Counted from the first letter of the whole stretch, positions 10,884 through 23,790 are shown. The stretch is 59,699 nucleotides of DNA, filler included, from Sphacelaria rigidula (GCA_964200075.2; 9 parts of 9 records of this genome joined end to end with filler, not necessarily neighbours in it); one strand, 5' to 3'. The notes: generated by a model not told the origin, from the letters alone. Numbers and translations are program-made.

Positions 10884-12238
10884 CAATTGAGGGAGCTGTT
10901 CCACGAAGACTTAATCAATCACCTTGACGGCGAATGCGAGCGCAGATGCTACTCTCAAGCACATCAACCTCATTCTCAACAAACACGGGCGATCCACAAA
11001 TCATTTCGGCATTCCCAACGTCATCCATAACAACACTGAATACGACCGTCTCATCGCCTCATTGTTCAATGTGTCCGAACAAGCCGACGTTTTTCGCCAA
11101 ATGACAGCAAACCTTACCAAAGCAACAACGAGCGGTTTTTGACACTGACCGCGAGTGCACTCAACAACAAAGGGGGTGTGCTCATGCTCCATGCTCCGGC
11201 TGGGACGAACAAAATATACACTGAATGCGCTATTGCGGCGAACCTGCGAGCTCAAGGAAAGCTTTTGCTTCGTGCAGCATCGACAGGTATCGCGGCTCTC
11301 ATCCTCCCCGGTGGTCTTATACTGCTCACTTAATATTTAAGCTGCCCTTGGGAGATGAGGCCGTCGAGGACAGCGTGTGCAATGCCAAGGCTGAGTCCGA
11401 ACGTGCAAACGTTCTCAAGCGCGCATCCTTAATAATATGGGATGAAGTAGTAATAACAGCCTGGATCCGTTTTTGAGGTTCAACATTTGGGTGAGGTTGA
11501 ACTCGAAAACAGTGCTTTCCCTGACCTAAAGCCGTGACCAATGACTCTCATATGGACGACTTTATGCCCCCCGATCTCCTACGAAGTATTTTTGGGAGTT
11601 GCCCGTCTTCCGTGCCCCCAACGCGTATGGTCGAAAGCAACCTTTTGCCTCGATATCGGGGCGAAAAAAATGACGGTTATAGCCCGGCATTGGTGGTTTG
11701 GCATATATATATATATATATATATATATGCTTTGGGGGCACAGAAGACGGGGAACCCCCACGAATAGTTTTAAGGAGGTCGGGGGGTATGAGGCCGTCCA
11801 TATGAAATCCATTGGTCATGACTTTAGGTCAGGGAAAGCACATAAACGGATCCAGGCTGTTTAATGTCCTCGAAATATTCTCCCGAAGCTCTCAACCTGA
11901 CCCTGCAAGATTTATGCCACAACGATCTCCCTTTCCACGGCAAAACCATTTTCTCTAGAGGAGACTGGCGCCAGGTTACTCCCGTGCTCAAGTTTGGCTC
12001 GGCAGCAGAAATCGTCGAACATTTTCGGTTGACCGTCTTCATGAGAGAAAACAGTTGTCGCTGCTGGGAAGGGGAAGATCGAGCCAATTTTGTTAGATGA
12101 TGGTTCGGCGGCAGTACCTTTGAAGTACAGCGTAACAAACAAATACGGTTCCAAAACGACATGTTCCATTGCAGGTTTCACTGAATTCGAAAAACGCATT
12201 GACAAAGTTTACCCCGACCTTATGGAAGTAAATAATTG
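10884..12238 (+). pseudogene. Helitron PIF1-type helicase segment, inverted relative to the rest of the element, frameshifted
   Basis: LHAPAGTNK (decayed Walker A), AASTGIAALILPGG, TAH.FKLP, LIIWDEVVM, EALNLTLQDL...PFHGK...GDWRQVTPV, IDKVYPDL. Confidence 0.9.
11455..11861. mobile_element. 407-bp foldback MITE inserted in helicase Walker B region
   Basis: 18-bp perfect TIR AACAGCCTGGATCCGTTT; 4-bp TSD TAAT (11451-11454, 11862-11865); removal restores WDEVVMSSKY; ~115-bp internal inverted arms; (TA)n tract between the arms. Confidence 0.92.
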
Positions 12239-14335
12239 TGGTGCAGGGCACCATGAAGTATGAGAGTCGTGAGGAGGCGGAAAATTACAGTGCTTCATGC
12301 ATACATATGGTGTATTCATTGACGTCGTGCACGAGCCCCAAATGTCTTGAGCATTTCTCGTATACTTCGTATTCCATGCCATCAATTGATTTCAGTTCTC
12401 TGAAACTATAAGTCGAACGTTTCAACAGGAGCAACCGCAAGAACCGAATGTCTCCCTGGTCTGGGCTCATGTACTCTATTATGCTGACAATGAACCTTGA
12501 CTTGAGATTAACATAATTCCCGTATCTATCCCCTGAAGTGCGGCAACAGAGGATGTCAAGCAAGACCATACAACTACGCTTTGTTTCACTCACGTACGCA
12601 CGCTTTCGACATCCTCACCTCTTTCTGTGTCCCTTTGCATGTAGACACCGTAGCATCAGGTACGTGTCTTCTTCCACACATCAAATGCAAATAGCTTCTA
12701 TTTTTGTCTGTCCCGCATCACGCAGCTAAAGTATCACGTGAACGGATGACAAGATGGGTTGACCTTTCTAGACTTCCATGCCGAAAAAAGATTCGTAATG
12801 GCACAGCTGGCGCCGCAGCCCCAGTGCCGCCACCTACACGCATTTCCACGATAAAAGCCGGGTTAAAACTCTTTGTCCACCCAGGGTGACAGTCTCCCTA
12901 CAGTAATCGGCGGTATCACGAGCAGGTAAAAGAGAAGCTTGGGCGCAAACAGCATCATTTGTACAAGTGCCGATGGAATGTGGATATTTACAGCGGTTAG
13001 GAAAATAGCCACCCACGAGTCAAAAACTGCTCCCTTCCTGGGCATGCTTCCGCCTAGTTAAATTGTTACATAGAAACGCACCTGTCCTTGAACTCCCTGC
13101 TTTACCACCTCCCTCCTTCTTCGCAATAAACCCACACACCCCCCCACCACCCCCCCCCCCCCCACCCACCACCCCTCCCCTCCCCCCCCCNNNNNNNNNN
13201 NNNNNNNNNNNNNNNNNNNNNNNNNNNNNNNNNNTTAATTAATTAANNNNNNNNNNNNNNNNNNNNNNNNNNNNNNNNNNNNNNNNNNNNTTAGACGGTC
13301 CTGTCGGGGCGGATGTGAGGCTGTAGGCTAAAGTGCTGGTGTGGGGGGTTTGGGGGTGGGGGGGGAGGTCGAAGGGAAAATGGACGATTGGCTGTTGACT
13401 ACTGTAATGACGCGTATCGAGAAAATGGTCGACGCGGTACGATATCCGATATATCGTATCGCGTGATATCGCATAATATCGGATACGGAGTTGGAGATGT
13501 CCGCCTCCAAACTTCCCCGAAACGTCTAGAATCTACAATCAATCTGGTTTTCACACGTATAACTGCACACATCGTATCTTGTATCCCACCATATATCTTG
13601 CAGTACGTGATATCACATGATATATCGCGGGATACGAGATGACATATGGTATCGAAATATCACGCATTTCGTGGCCATGTCGGTAGGAAACATCCCGGAT
13701 GTATCGAGGTAGGTACAATATCGAGATTTGGGGTATGATACGGTTCACTGCTATTGACTTAGCCATGGTGGTACTGTGGGTGTAGAGAGATCACAGCAAA
13801 GCCCGTCGCCGCTAATTCGCATGTACAGAATAGTCATAACGTGTACTGACGTGACGTGCTGCACGAGGGTACCACCACCATTGGAACTGAAGTTTTGAAT
13901 GATGAAAGTTTGTACTGCACCCAGGCTGCACCTGATGAGTTTTACTGCACGAAGAAAATTAGATAGGCCTCAACTCGAGCGTGCTGTTGTTAGACGAAAA
14001 CGACCTAGTCACACCGGGGTACATGTTTTGTATTTGCATGACGTGTAACTGTAGATTCATTCTCACGCCCTCCCTCTGATACCATGATCGCGCTCGTTCT
14101 TCTATTGCCATCGTTTTACATTTCCAAGTCTTCAAATACCGAGACGTTTGACATGAGGATGGGAGGGGCGCGTTCCAACTTTTCAATGTGTGATGGGTCG
14201 ACCGCTATGACCCGGAAATATTAATGACGCACGGACTGCACGGCACTGGTCTCCAGCGAGGCGCGGACACCATCCGTGGACGAAGCTGATCCGTCCTATG
14301 CGTAAAATACTCCCAAGTACGACAAAAAAACACAC

Positions 14336-14560
14336 CTTTTTCCTCCGTCGAAATAGTTCCACTGCGTCGATGCTCTTGGCTCGTTCTGGTGTTTCCCTTT
14401 GTAGCCCCTCGATGTTCTCGCCATGACCATCGCCCTTGAACAATTCAGTCTTTCCGATTTCCTCGACATCCCGACCTCCCGCGCGCAGACCAACCACAGG
14501 ATTGTTTCCTTCCACACCCGCCACCTGCACGCACCACCCGCCGACGTTGCCGACGCCTGC

Positions 14561-14593
<33 letters not shown>

Positions 14594-15050
14594 TGTCTTT
14601 CGGTCGACACCAACGTTTGCAAAGATTCGGTCGTCAAAATCCGTCGAGCTTCTTAACCTTTCGCGGTTGTGCCAACTTATGGATCTTGCTGAAGTGGATG
14701 GTGATGCTATTGACGAAAGCGATGGATGGTCTTTATGTGCGGTTGCGGCGGCGGCAGTAGCTGCTGCTCCTGCTGCTGCTGCTTTGAGGTTGCCAACACC
14801 GCCTACCCGTGGGGCAGCGACATCTGAGGACTGTGGTCGTTGCCGTCGTTGTCGGTGCCGTTGTCGTTGTTGGCGGCAGCTCTGCTGCTGGTGACTACAC
14901 GGTCGTCGTCCCCTAGGCACGGGAGATTCAGAAGAAGAAGCAGAGGGGGGAGGGGGAGGGAGAGGAGCATGCCCAACTGTTTCGACGATGTCCTTTGTCG
15001 AGGAACACCGGGGGCGCGCAAGTCGGCTGTTGTTGGTATCATGCATCCCG
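14336..15050 (-). CDS. Exon of an unknown low-complexity (Ala/Pro/Gln/Arg-rich) protein
   Basis: accag|C GGG ATG...AAA AAG|gtgtgt; 715-nt open frame; phase matches upstream exon ending at 17002; possible next exon starts at 13300 after a C-rich acceptor. Confidence 0.6.
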
Positions 15051-16112
15051 CTGGTATTCGTGCAGATTGTTTTCGATACAGGTGGCGAAATCAGTCGGGG
15101 AATACAAGGGAGATGTGATACAAGACGGGATCATAAATACTGGCATTGTAGTAGCGGCTTGGATAACATCGGTTCGGCAGGAAACCCACTGGAGGCATTT
15201 GCCTGTATGACGTGCACTGCATGTCGTGCAGGGGCAGGATAAACGGCACACGCGTTGAAGTGCTGCCTTAAACATGCATGTGCGTCGTGAGAGATTGCTC
15301 AAGGATAGCTCGTATAGTTGAAACCGTTCTCCTGGCGTTTCGTACCAAACGAGAAACACAAGAGGAGAAAGACATTTTTTACATGCACGAGCGAGAATGA
15401 TTGATGAAGCACGCGATGCATCTAGGTCGAGCCCGCAAATATACCTACGCCAGCCGAAGCCGCAAGAACTAGGATACGATCTTGCTGCGTCGTGTGGGCA
15501 TGGACATGGAGGGAGAGGTGTACCCTGCGCCGGCGAAACTTGGCGGCAACACGTTGTCGGTTCAATCACACGCGGCCTGCAGCCTCGGGTCTGTCATACT
15601 AGCTTTTCCGTACGTGTCGATGCCCACAAACAGTGGAAGTAAATAGTTCAGTTGATTCCCAACGCAGGAGAGTCATCAGCAGTGGGCTGTCATACTCGGG
15701 ATGATCACTACACAGACAGGGCTTGTTTGTTAGCTAGTACGCAAGCCGTCGGTTGCACACATGTACACCATGCAGATTTGCTCAAAAATTGTCTCCTTCA
15801 GGCATTTGAGGGAAGCGAACACCACAAGTCCCAGGAAGTGTGCGCCGAGGTGTACCACAGCAGCAGCACAGTACAGAACTGCCCGGTTGGGGGTATATTT
15901 CGGGCGCAGTGCGTGCCTCTTCCGCTCGTTTTCAGCATGCGTCAAGTGCAGTGTCGAGTTGTATGTACAACAGTAGTGCGGAGTACAAATAGCACGCTAA
16001 AGTTTACGCTGGCAGTTGACAGGTCGGCCCGTGGTGAATCCAGTGCCTAGTGATACGATTCAAACCCGCACGAACCCCTCACAGTAGTTGTTACCCAGAT
16101 GGTTTGAGGAAT

Positions 16113-16495
16113 GCCGGTCGCCCCGGTGGCTCATTTGGTAACCTCAAGACCTTCTGGCGGTTGGGACGTGAGTTCGAATATCGATGATTCCAGGGGTTTT
16201 CCTCACGTCATGCCCATCGGTGGAGAACAACTGTGCCGTGGGCACACGAGTGCGACTTCACGATCGATGAGGGCCAAGGACCGCTGAACCCTTCTTCTCG
16301 TGATACAAAAGAAACGGCAAATATCTCAGACAAGAACAACGTGAAGTGCGAAAACAAAAGAAGGCAAGAACACAACTCCTGTGTTGATCTTTCTCGTCTG
16401 TGACCCTGACTGGTGCTCCCACATACACGGAAAGGCGTAGACAGGCGTCCAGAATATATGGGATGACGACACAACACGAAACACTACTACTACTA
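16113..16495 (+). mobile_element. tRNA-derived SINE, full length
   Basis: GCCGGTCGCCCCGGTGGCTCATTTGG (A box), GTTCGAATATC (B box), conserved 3' GGCGTCCAGAAT..GGGATGAC, then AC/CTA tail. Confidence 0.85.
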
Positions 16496-16663
16496 TTTAC
16501 TCGTACCAGAACTGTTGTTGGTGCATTTCGTTGAGGAAGACGGAATATCTTTTCATCATCATTTCCCCCCACGAACAAAACGGGTACATTTTACTTGTGC
16601 TGCCAGTCGAGAGCAGCAGGGTGTTCAACCAAGGACCAGCCGCAGAACAGACAGTGCCGACAG

Positions 16664-16874
16664 TGTAATGCGTGAGAGGACCGCGTGCTTAGAGGACCGC
16701 GCCGTAGTTCAAAACGCCTCAGGATCGACGTTTTTCAAAACCAATCGGGCCAATCCCTGCAGGTACCACGCTCCTGACTATAACCCTAACACTAACCCCC
16801 ACTCTAACCCTAACCATAAGGATGCTCAAATTCCGATGCGGTTCTCTAAGCACGCGGTCCTCTCACGCATTACA
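16664..16874 (+). mobile_element. 211-bp MITE with TGT...ACA termini and internal CCCTAA repeats (Ginger-like termini)
   Basis: ~37-bp TIR TGTAATGCGTGAGAGGACCGCGTGCTTAGAGGACCGC; 5-bp TSD GACAG (16659-16663, 16875-16879). Confidence 0.9.
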
Positions 16875-17001
16875 GACAGTACAGATAGCGCACCTCCACG
16901 TTACACATGCACGCAACAGCCGCGCTACCCCATGGGCATAATGTGATCGGAGTCGCCGATGTAGGCGATACTTAGCGCGATAGTCGGCCCGCACCCCTCA
17001 C

Positions 17002-17056
17002 CTACTGGGACCATCACCAGCAACCGCAATCCCGGTCGTATTAGCGCCGCCACCAC

Positions 17057-17087
<31 letters not shown>

Positions 17088-17426
17088 GCCATTTCGCCTG
17101 GATGACTGTAGTCGGACCTTGCTCCGTGTGTGTCCCGAGCCATCGTCGATACTGCCGCCGTTTGTTCTTCTCAGCACCCCCGAGCTATCCCGGAGTGTGG
17201 GCTTGTCGGAAATGACGATATGCCATGGCAGCGGTAGCTGTAGCTGGTGAGCAATCGCCGATGACGGCCCGTAGCGCAAAGGGTTGTAATGGCCTAGCAT
17301 GGTGGCGTGGTTGACGACGTTCACTGCGTTGGTATGCCAGGCGCGCTTTGTGTCTGATAGCCGACTTTTTGGTCCACACACTGTTGTTGTACTGAGTGTA
17401 CCGTTGTAGTGTACAGTATTCAACAT
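17002..17426 (-). CDS. Probable first coding exon of the same unknown gene (start uncertain: 17426 or 17300)
   Basis: Open frame with poly-Gly ending AG|gtgagg in phase 2, completed by the C at 15050 to give Ser-Gly-Met in frame. Confidence 0.5.
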
Positions 17427-19768
17427 GAGCGGTTACACATTTCATGAGTGTGTACAGCTCACAATCGTTCCCTTCTACACTTGACATTCCACAGCGCCTC
17501 CGTGCTTCGACCGATTAATGTGAAAATATCTTAAATTTTTCTGAGGTTTGACTCCGCCCACTTCACCCTCATTTTACCGGGACAAACTCTACAGCACTAG
17601 TCGAGTCCAAGTGATTGTGAGGATTTGAACACATATTCCACACGAGAAACGGAATGCCTGCTTCATTCGTCGGGGTAGAAGTACGTGGTATGCGACGAGA
17701 GTGAAGATTATATCCCCGGGTTATCGCGGAATTCGCCGCCAAGAGGATCATGCGGCGCAACCGCCCGTTATAATCTTCGGATTTCAATTATTTGCGCCGC
17801 ATTTTCTGTGTCGATCGTAACCTCTCCTCGCACATCACAGGCAGTTGACGACACGCAATAGACGCGCTGCGCCAACTGCATACGCAGTAGACGCATTACA
17901 CTAGCTGTATTGGCTGTAGTGCTTTTTGATACATGTCCACTTGGTCTATTAAGCTAACATTAGCCGCGGTTTTCGCACGTTGTGGCGTGATCGCGGCAGC
18001 GTGACGACAACACGCCAAGCACGCGGGAAAGTAATTACGTCGGAAAAAATCTTATATCTTGTAGCGCTGCGAGTCCAGTAGAACGACTGTGGCCTTAGAT
18101 GGTGGCTACGGGCAAGCTGTGTTATGTGCGTGTGCGGTGAAATAGAAATTCAACCTACTGTAGTGGGGAGGGGATCTGTGCGATCGCGTTTTGGAGGGGC
18201 AGAATGGGAGATGACCCTCGGTTTACAACGTGTGGAATCCATTTGCTATTGCAGGAGGAAAAACGTCCATCGCCAGTTCCGGCGGTGGGGCTGGTGAGAT
18301 CATGTAATCGAACCAGACATACTGCTTCAAAGAACTGACAATATAGCTGCTCTACATTTTTATTCCACTGGTTATCACGTTCTTCATCGAGCTTATTTAC
18401 ACGAGCGCTTGAGGGGGTGATAAAATCCATGAGGCTCCCAATCAGGCGTTTTCATCGTTCCACCGATTTCGCGATCCTTTGCCTCCACGCAAAAACACGC
18501 CCATGATAGATCGTGTCCTCCGTTTGGCCGCGTCTACACAAGCAAGACCCACTACATAGCCCTGCATCCTTGGGATCGATGTACAAAATTGGGAGAAATG
18601 TGTTTACGTGTTTCAAGTGAATCGGGTGCCGATCCGGGGCGTCGATTGCTGAAATATCAAGAGGCAGATACTCGGTGGGTACCGTACGGATTCGACCAAC
18701 AGAACCACCACATTCTACCAGAAGTTTAGTGCGTGGCAGGGAACTCTTCGCGCGCGGGCCTGCGCCCCGCCAGCGGAAGGGAACATGTTGTCGGACGCGC
18801 CCGTTGAAGGTGAGCCCGACTCCACGGATTCATTCTTCGTCGTGCAAAAAACTCCCGGAAAAAACAGTTAACATGCGATGCGAACAACTGGACTTAGATA
18901 CTTCGGGCCTGGGCCTCAGCTTCGCTATTAACGACACTTACCCGGCAAAGCACGGAGACTTGATATTATTTTGAGCCAATTACGCGTTGTTCATCAAGTG
19001 TCTCCGGTAAACTTCCTCAGGTATATCGTTCTAGCTAATCCTTCTCGCGAGGGCTGACGTATTTTGCCGGCAACTACCTGGGGTGATAATGAAGCCAACC
19101 CCGTCGAATGTGGGTGGTGACGGCCTCGCGGGTCATAGCCGCGAAAGACCCAGACGAGGCTCTGCGTCCGCTCTCGTGTGTATAGGTCACGGCGATTACG
19201 TTCGAGATTGACGGGAGGTGTAGCTGTGGTTAACTACCCCCTCTCCCTTGAGTATTGTTACCCTCCGATGACGGAGTGGATGACAACCTGTGAGGTTGGA
19301 AACATACGTTCCAGAGTAATGTTCCTGAATTCATCATGTAGAGGGAACAATGTCCCTACAAATGGGTGTGAGGGTGTATAGGACATGTGTATGTTTACTG
19401 TACCGTGATACACATGAAAAAAGGTCAACTAGAGTAAATATGCGCAGGCTCATATGTGGATATCAGGAGGGGTGTTAATGTAGCCTCGTGCTACACTACC
19501 GTGTGGCTGAACTCGCGGCGGTCGCAGTCCAGCCTTCGCATGACCAGCTCGCAATCAGGGAAAAGCACTGCTGGTTTTTGTATTGCTCAGCTCGTGCGAT
19601 ATCTCGATAGGTGAATTTGACGGTGATATAGTAAGGGTCCTACTTGATGGTCCATTTTAAAATGAAGTCCCACATACACCTTCCGGTGAATGAATGTCCT
19701 CAAAACTGTGCATCGAGCCGGGTTTCGTAAGCACGGGGATCCAACGTCCATGTGGTCAACGCTTCGTA

Positions 19769-19835
19769 GTGTGTTGTCGTCCCATTTATTCTGGGCGCCA
19801 GTCTACACGTTTCGGTATATGTGGGCGCACCCGCC
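19769..19835 (-). mobile_element. SINE 3' end cut by contig end
   Basis: Reverse complement of the conserved SINE tail. Confidence 0.85.
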
Positions 19836-19935
19836 NNNNNNNNNNNNNNNNNNNNNNNNNNNNNNNNNNNNNNNNNNNNTTAATTAATTAANNNNNNNNN
19901 NNNNNNNNNNNNNNNNNNNNNNNNNNNNNNNNNNN

Positions 19936-20003
19936 TCCTTGCACTCTGTGACCACGGGTTCGAGAGATCGAGCTAATGTGATGGATATAATAATAATAAT
20001 AAT
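19936..20003 (+). repeat. Repeat family R2 (CTCTGTGACCACGGGTTCGAGAG...CTAATG + (AAT)n), probable retroposon 3' end; copies 23172-23210 (-), 25615-25705 (-)
   Basis: Three copies within one contig, two adjacent to (AAT)n tails. Confidence 0.65.
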
Positions 20004-20078
20004 ATACAGAGATGAATACAGAACGAACAAATTGAGTGGTAACGTGAAAAACTAAAGCCAAGACAAGCAATACACACA

Positions 20079-20118
<40 letters not shown>

Positions 20119-20820
20119 CACAAGCTGATAAGTACCGTGTAAACGTTGTCGAGTCGACATAGAATCCGTGGCTGAGTTGGGTATTATACACAAAACATCA
20201 ACACACTAACACACATATATGGATACTCCCTCACAAAAAGCGTGCACTAAATGGTCTGTGTACAAGCATCTACAAGGGTTCAGGAAGAATGCTTTACTCT
20301 TTTTTCGTTTTCAACATTGGAGATACCACGAGATAACTCTAGTTTGCTTGGTGGACTGCCCGCAACGTTCCGGGTTCGAACGCCGGTCTGATCACCTCGA
20401 TTGAAAAAGGCAAAACAAAATCCGAGAACAAAAAACAGAAGAAAAAAAAAACACGCTGGTGTCGGTGAACTATATCAGATAAACGCCATAGAAGTTTGAA
20501 ATAAATCAAAATACTCTTTCAAGAATGCCCTCGGACGTGGGGAGTATTGTGCAGATTCGCACGCAACAGGTGGGACGGGACGCACATTCATCGACTGAAA
20601 GTAAACAGGACAAGAGAACCACATATATATATATATATATATGTATCGAAGAAAGAATAACAATAACAACAACAATAGCAGCAGCAAACTTTCGTGAAAC
20701 GACCTTCTCGAGAACAACAACAGCATTACCATCCCTATCCCGTGGGACATTGAATGGAAATAAATATCGAACACCTCTAATCCAACTGGCACGAAATGAA
20801 AAAAAGAAGACCCTCGGAGT

Positions 20821-21206
20821 GGTCGGTCACCCCCGTAGCTCAGTTGATCACCTTGAAACCTTCTGACGGTTGGGTCGTGGGTTCGAATCTCGGCGCAGTC
20901 ACACGATCTTGGATTTCTCCTCACATCCTGCCCACCAGGGGAGAGCGACTATGTCGTGGGTACACCAACTTCGACTTTTACAGTCGACGAGGGAAAGGGA
21001 CTGCTGAACCCCTCTCGCGATAAAAAAGAGGACGAGCACCGCGGAAGGAAGGTGGGGTGCTAAAAAAAAATAAAAAAACAAAAAATTCTCTGTTGGCCTT
21101 CCGTTCCTCCTGTGACCCCACCAGATGTGCCCACATATACCGAAAGGTGTAGACTGGCGTTCAGGATAGATGGGGTGATGACACACACACAAATGCACAC
21201 ACACAC
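20821..21206 (+). mobile_element. tRNA-derived SINE, full length, in POLE intron
   Basis: A box TAGCTCAGTTGA, B box GGTTCGAATCT, conserved body, (AC)n tail. Confidence 0.88.
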
Positions 21207-21242
21207 TCGAAATGTTGTAGTGCGAGAGAGAAGCGCACTCAC

Positions 21243-21402
21243 CCTCAAGCAGCTGAAGAGCTCCCTCGACGTGACTGTGGACACCACAAATTTGCAGTAG
21301 TCTCTGGCAGCTGCCACGTCGGATTTGTTGGTGGCGATGATGACCTTGTTAAACGAAGCGGACACCACGCACGCGCCCAGTCGACACAGTTCCGCCACTA
21401 AC
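21243..21402 (-). CDS. POLE: DNA polymerase epsilon catalytic subunit, C-terminal region exon
   Basis: tgcag|...|gtgagt; RLVAELCRLGACVVSASFNKVIIATNK...ARDYCKFVVSTVTSRELF resembles Pol2 [26 protein letters not shown]. Confidence 0.92.
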
Positions 21403-22434
21403 CTGCAAAAAAGACAAGATAAGGACAGGAAAAAAAAGGAGAGAAAAGAAGAAAAATAAGGGAAAAAAGGAAAAAAAACGGGGGTAAATGATTGAAAGAA
21501 AAAAGGAAATAAGGAAAAGAGGAGAAAAAGAGAGTGAATATAGAAAGAAAAAAGAAAGGATGCCGTGAAGAAGCAGCAAGACCAGATTGACACGACGATA
21601 ACCAAAACGAGACGAAAGCGAATTTTTCACTCTTCTGGTGGTTGCGAGGCGATTGGCTTCATATTCAGGAGGCAGAAGCAATAGAACATATGCACAAAAA
21701 CCCAGCGAAAAGCAGAAAAAAAAACTCTCAAAGTGGCTCACTCGGACATCAGAATTTGACGAGAGTAACGTTGGTAGTGTTCCAAGAGAAGGCGATACCG
21801 GTTCATCAGATGGAGATATGATCTCCACCACGCACATGTCTGATCCTAATAGCAGCCCGACTGACCACAAAGTGTTCGTGCATTTATGGCGCAGTACACC
21901 TGTTCAGATTTCATCAATTTCAATCGGAAACAAGGATAAAAGACTACCTAAACACTTCCAGGATTCGAATCCGCAAAATCTTCGACGACATGATATCAAA
22001 TAAAACACACACATGTGTATAAATTATGCTTTTGAACTAGTAAATTTATTAAGAGGAAGCAGTATAAGTCGTCATAATCCAGAGCTCAAGATATATATAT
22101 ATATACACACACACAGATATACGTTGAATTTTTTCGTGCGTCGCTTGCAACGATAGATGTGATCTTGATCAAGCTCGGTACCAGATTAAATGGCCCGCCA
22201 GGTACTAGCGAATCGTGTGCCACGTAAGACAGGACTGATCGTTTTGGTGACACCTGTCGAACCTACAGATAATAAGGATACTACTACTACTACTACTACT
22301 ACAACTACTGACAACAACAATAATGATAATGATGGTAGCAGTAAATAAAAACAGCGTTATTATATCCATTAATAACAACAACAAAAATCAAAATAAGAAG
22401 AGATAACAATAATCATCATCTGTTCCACACAGAC

Positions 22435-22518
22435 CTGCTGAAAACCTTGTGCATGAGGCGGTGCACCAGTCGGTGGAGAGCCGCATTGTGCAGCAGGGAT
22501 TGCCGTGCACAGATCCAT
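22435..22518 (-). CDS. POLE: DNA polymerase epsilon exon
   Basis: tacag|...|gtctgt; RWICARQSLLHNAALHRLVHRLMHKVF resembles [27 protein letters not shown]; phases match both neighbours. Confidence 0.92.
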
Positions 22519-23790
22519 CTGTAAGGGACACACACACACACACACACACACAGCGACAGCAACGGATGAAGTAATGAGAGGCTACAGTTGATGATGTGTG
22601 CTGCAGTATCAACGACTGACAAAAAGATAAGGCAAGGTGAGCCGAATAATAAACACCTACTAGAGTGCGTAAAAAAAGTTCCATCTCGATTTAGCTAACG
22701 TAAAACAACAATAACCGTACAGTATAGTACATGGAAACGTGAACTGGCGGGGAAAAAAAAAATGATGAGAAGGGGCATCTTGAGTGATTGATAGATCTCT
22801 CGTCGCACGCCACATCAACAGTGCATTCTTCTCTGTGTTTTCCTCCCTTTTTTCCACTTCACCATTCGACTACTCCGCTACTCCCGGTTTCTTTCGCTGG
22901 GCCAGTGTTTCCATCAATTCTACTCATATCCAGCCACGAAAAAGCTCATCTGGTGATCATGCCTGGCTTCATTGGTATGGCGTGAAGGAAGCTGACACAA
23001 CGCAACAATTCCCGATGATTATTTTACTACATCAACGGAACACAGGCTGATATCGCATTATGATTACACCCCGGACAAAAGGCACACAACCCAGACGAAA
23101 AGTGTACCGCATGAACTACCGATTTATTCCTCTCTTGCAGCAAATATATATCATTGTTATGTTCGTCACATGAGCTAGATCCCTCGAACCCGTGGTCACA
23201 GAGTGCAAGGAGCATATCACCTATACCCATGCAATAGACAGATATATTCTATACTTCACGCAGGACATTTTTTGCAAATATTTTCTGTTGCCATTATCCA
23301 GGGTATGTGATGACCATATTCACTGACTGACTGCAAGGGTTGGACAAACCATGATGCGCCTATAAAAATTCGGCTCAAAACTCTCAATGATGATCTCCGC
23401 ACTCAATTTCTTGTGTAAAACCGCTGCGTCCCGGTGGTCCCCCTGATACAGGAGAATTTAGTTACGGAGTCACGAGTGTGAATCCCGACAGATTCTTCGA
23501 TTTTTTGGCAGAATCTGGTTCCGTCCTTGAGGTCATATGTTTATGCAGGATGTTTTATTTCTCAAGTTTTGTTGTCCTTTATTTTTTTTGCGGCAAAGAG
23601 CGCATCAGCAGATTGGGGAAGCTGAAAAAGTTATCGTGTGCCGAAGGGACGCGCTTTTTTTAGGCTGGTCTAGCTCGTAGTAGATCCAGAAAAAATGAGT
23701 ACATTTAAGCTACCCACGCTCCTTAATAGAATCGAATACAGTCTTCCAATCTTATTTCGTCTAATAATATGCAGTGTACTCTGCGCGCAC

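Larger units (their letters stand above)
10242..12540 (-). mobile_element. Helitron remnant (RepHel linker, PIF1 helicase, OTU-like domain) in the ABCG intron, internally rearranged
   Basis: MSPDQGDIRFLRLLLL...SFRELKSIDG...GL...NEY..CMHEA (12285-12540); helicase motifs; putative 3' end with GC hairpin + CTGG followed by host T (10245-10242 / 10241). Confidence 0.85.

Noticed and set aside
18150..19300. Copia protease-like remnant (STGASDNM)
   Set aside because: Single weak motif with no supporting neighbouring domains
20825..20900. Functional tRNA genes at the SINE heads
   Set aside because: A/B boxes are present but there is no proper acceptor or anticodon stem, and all are followed by the same SINE body
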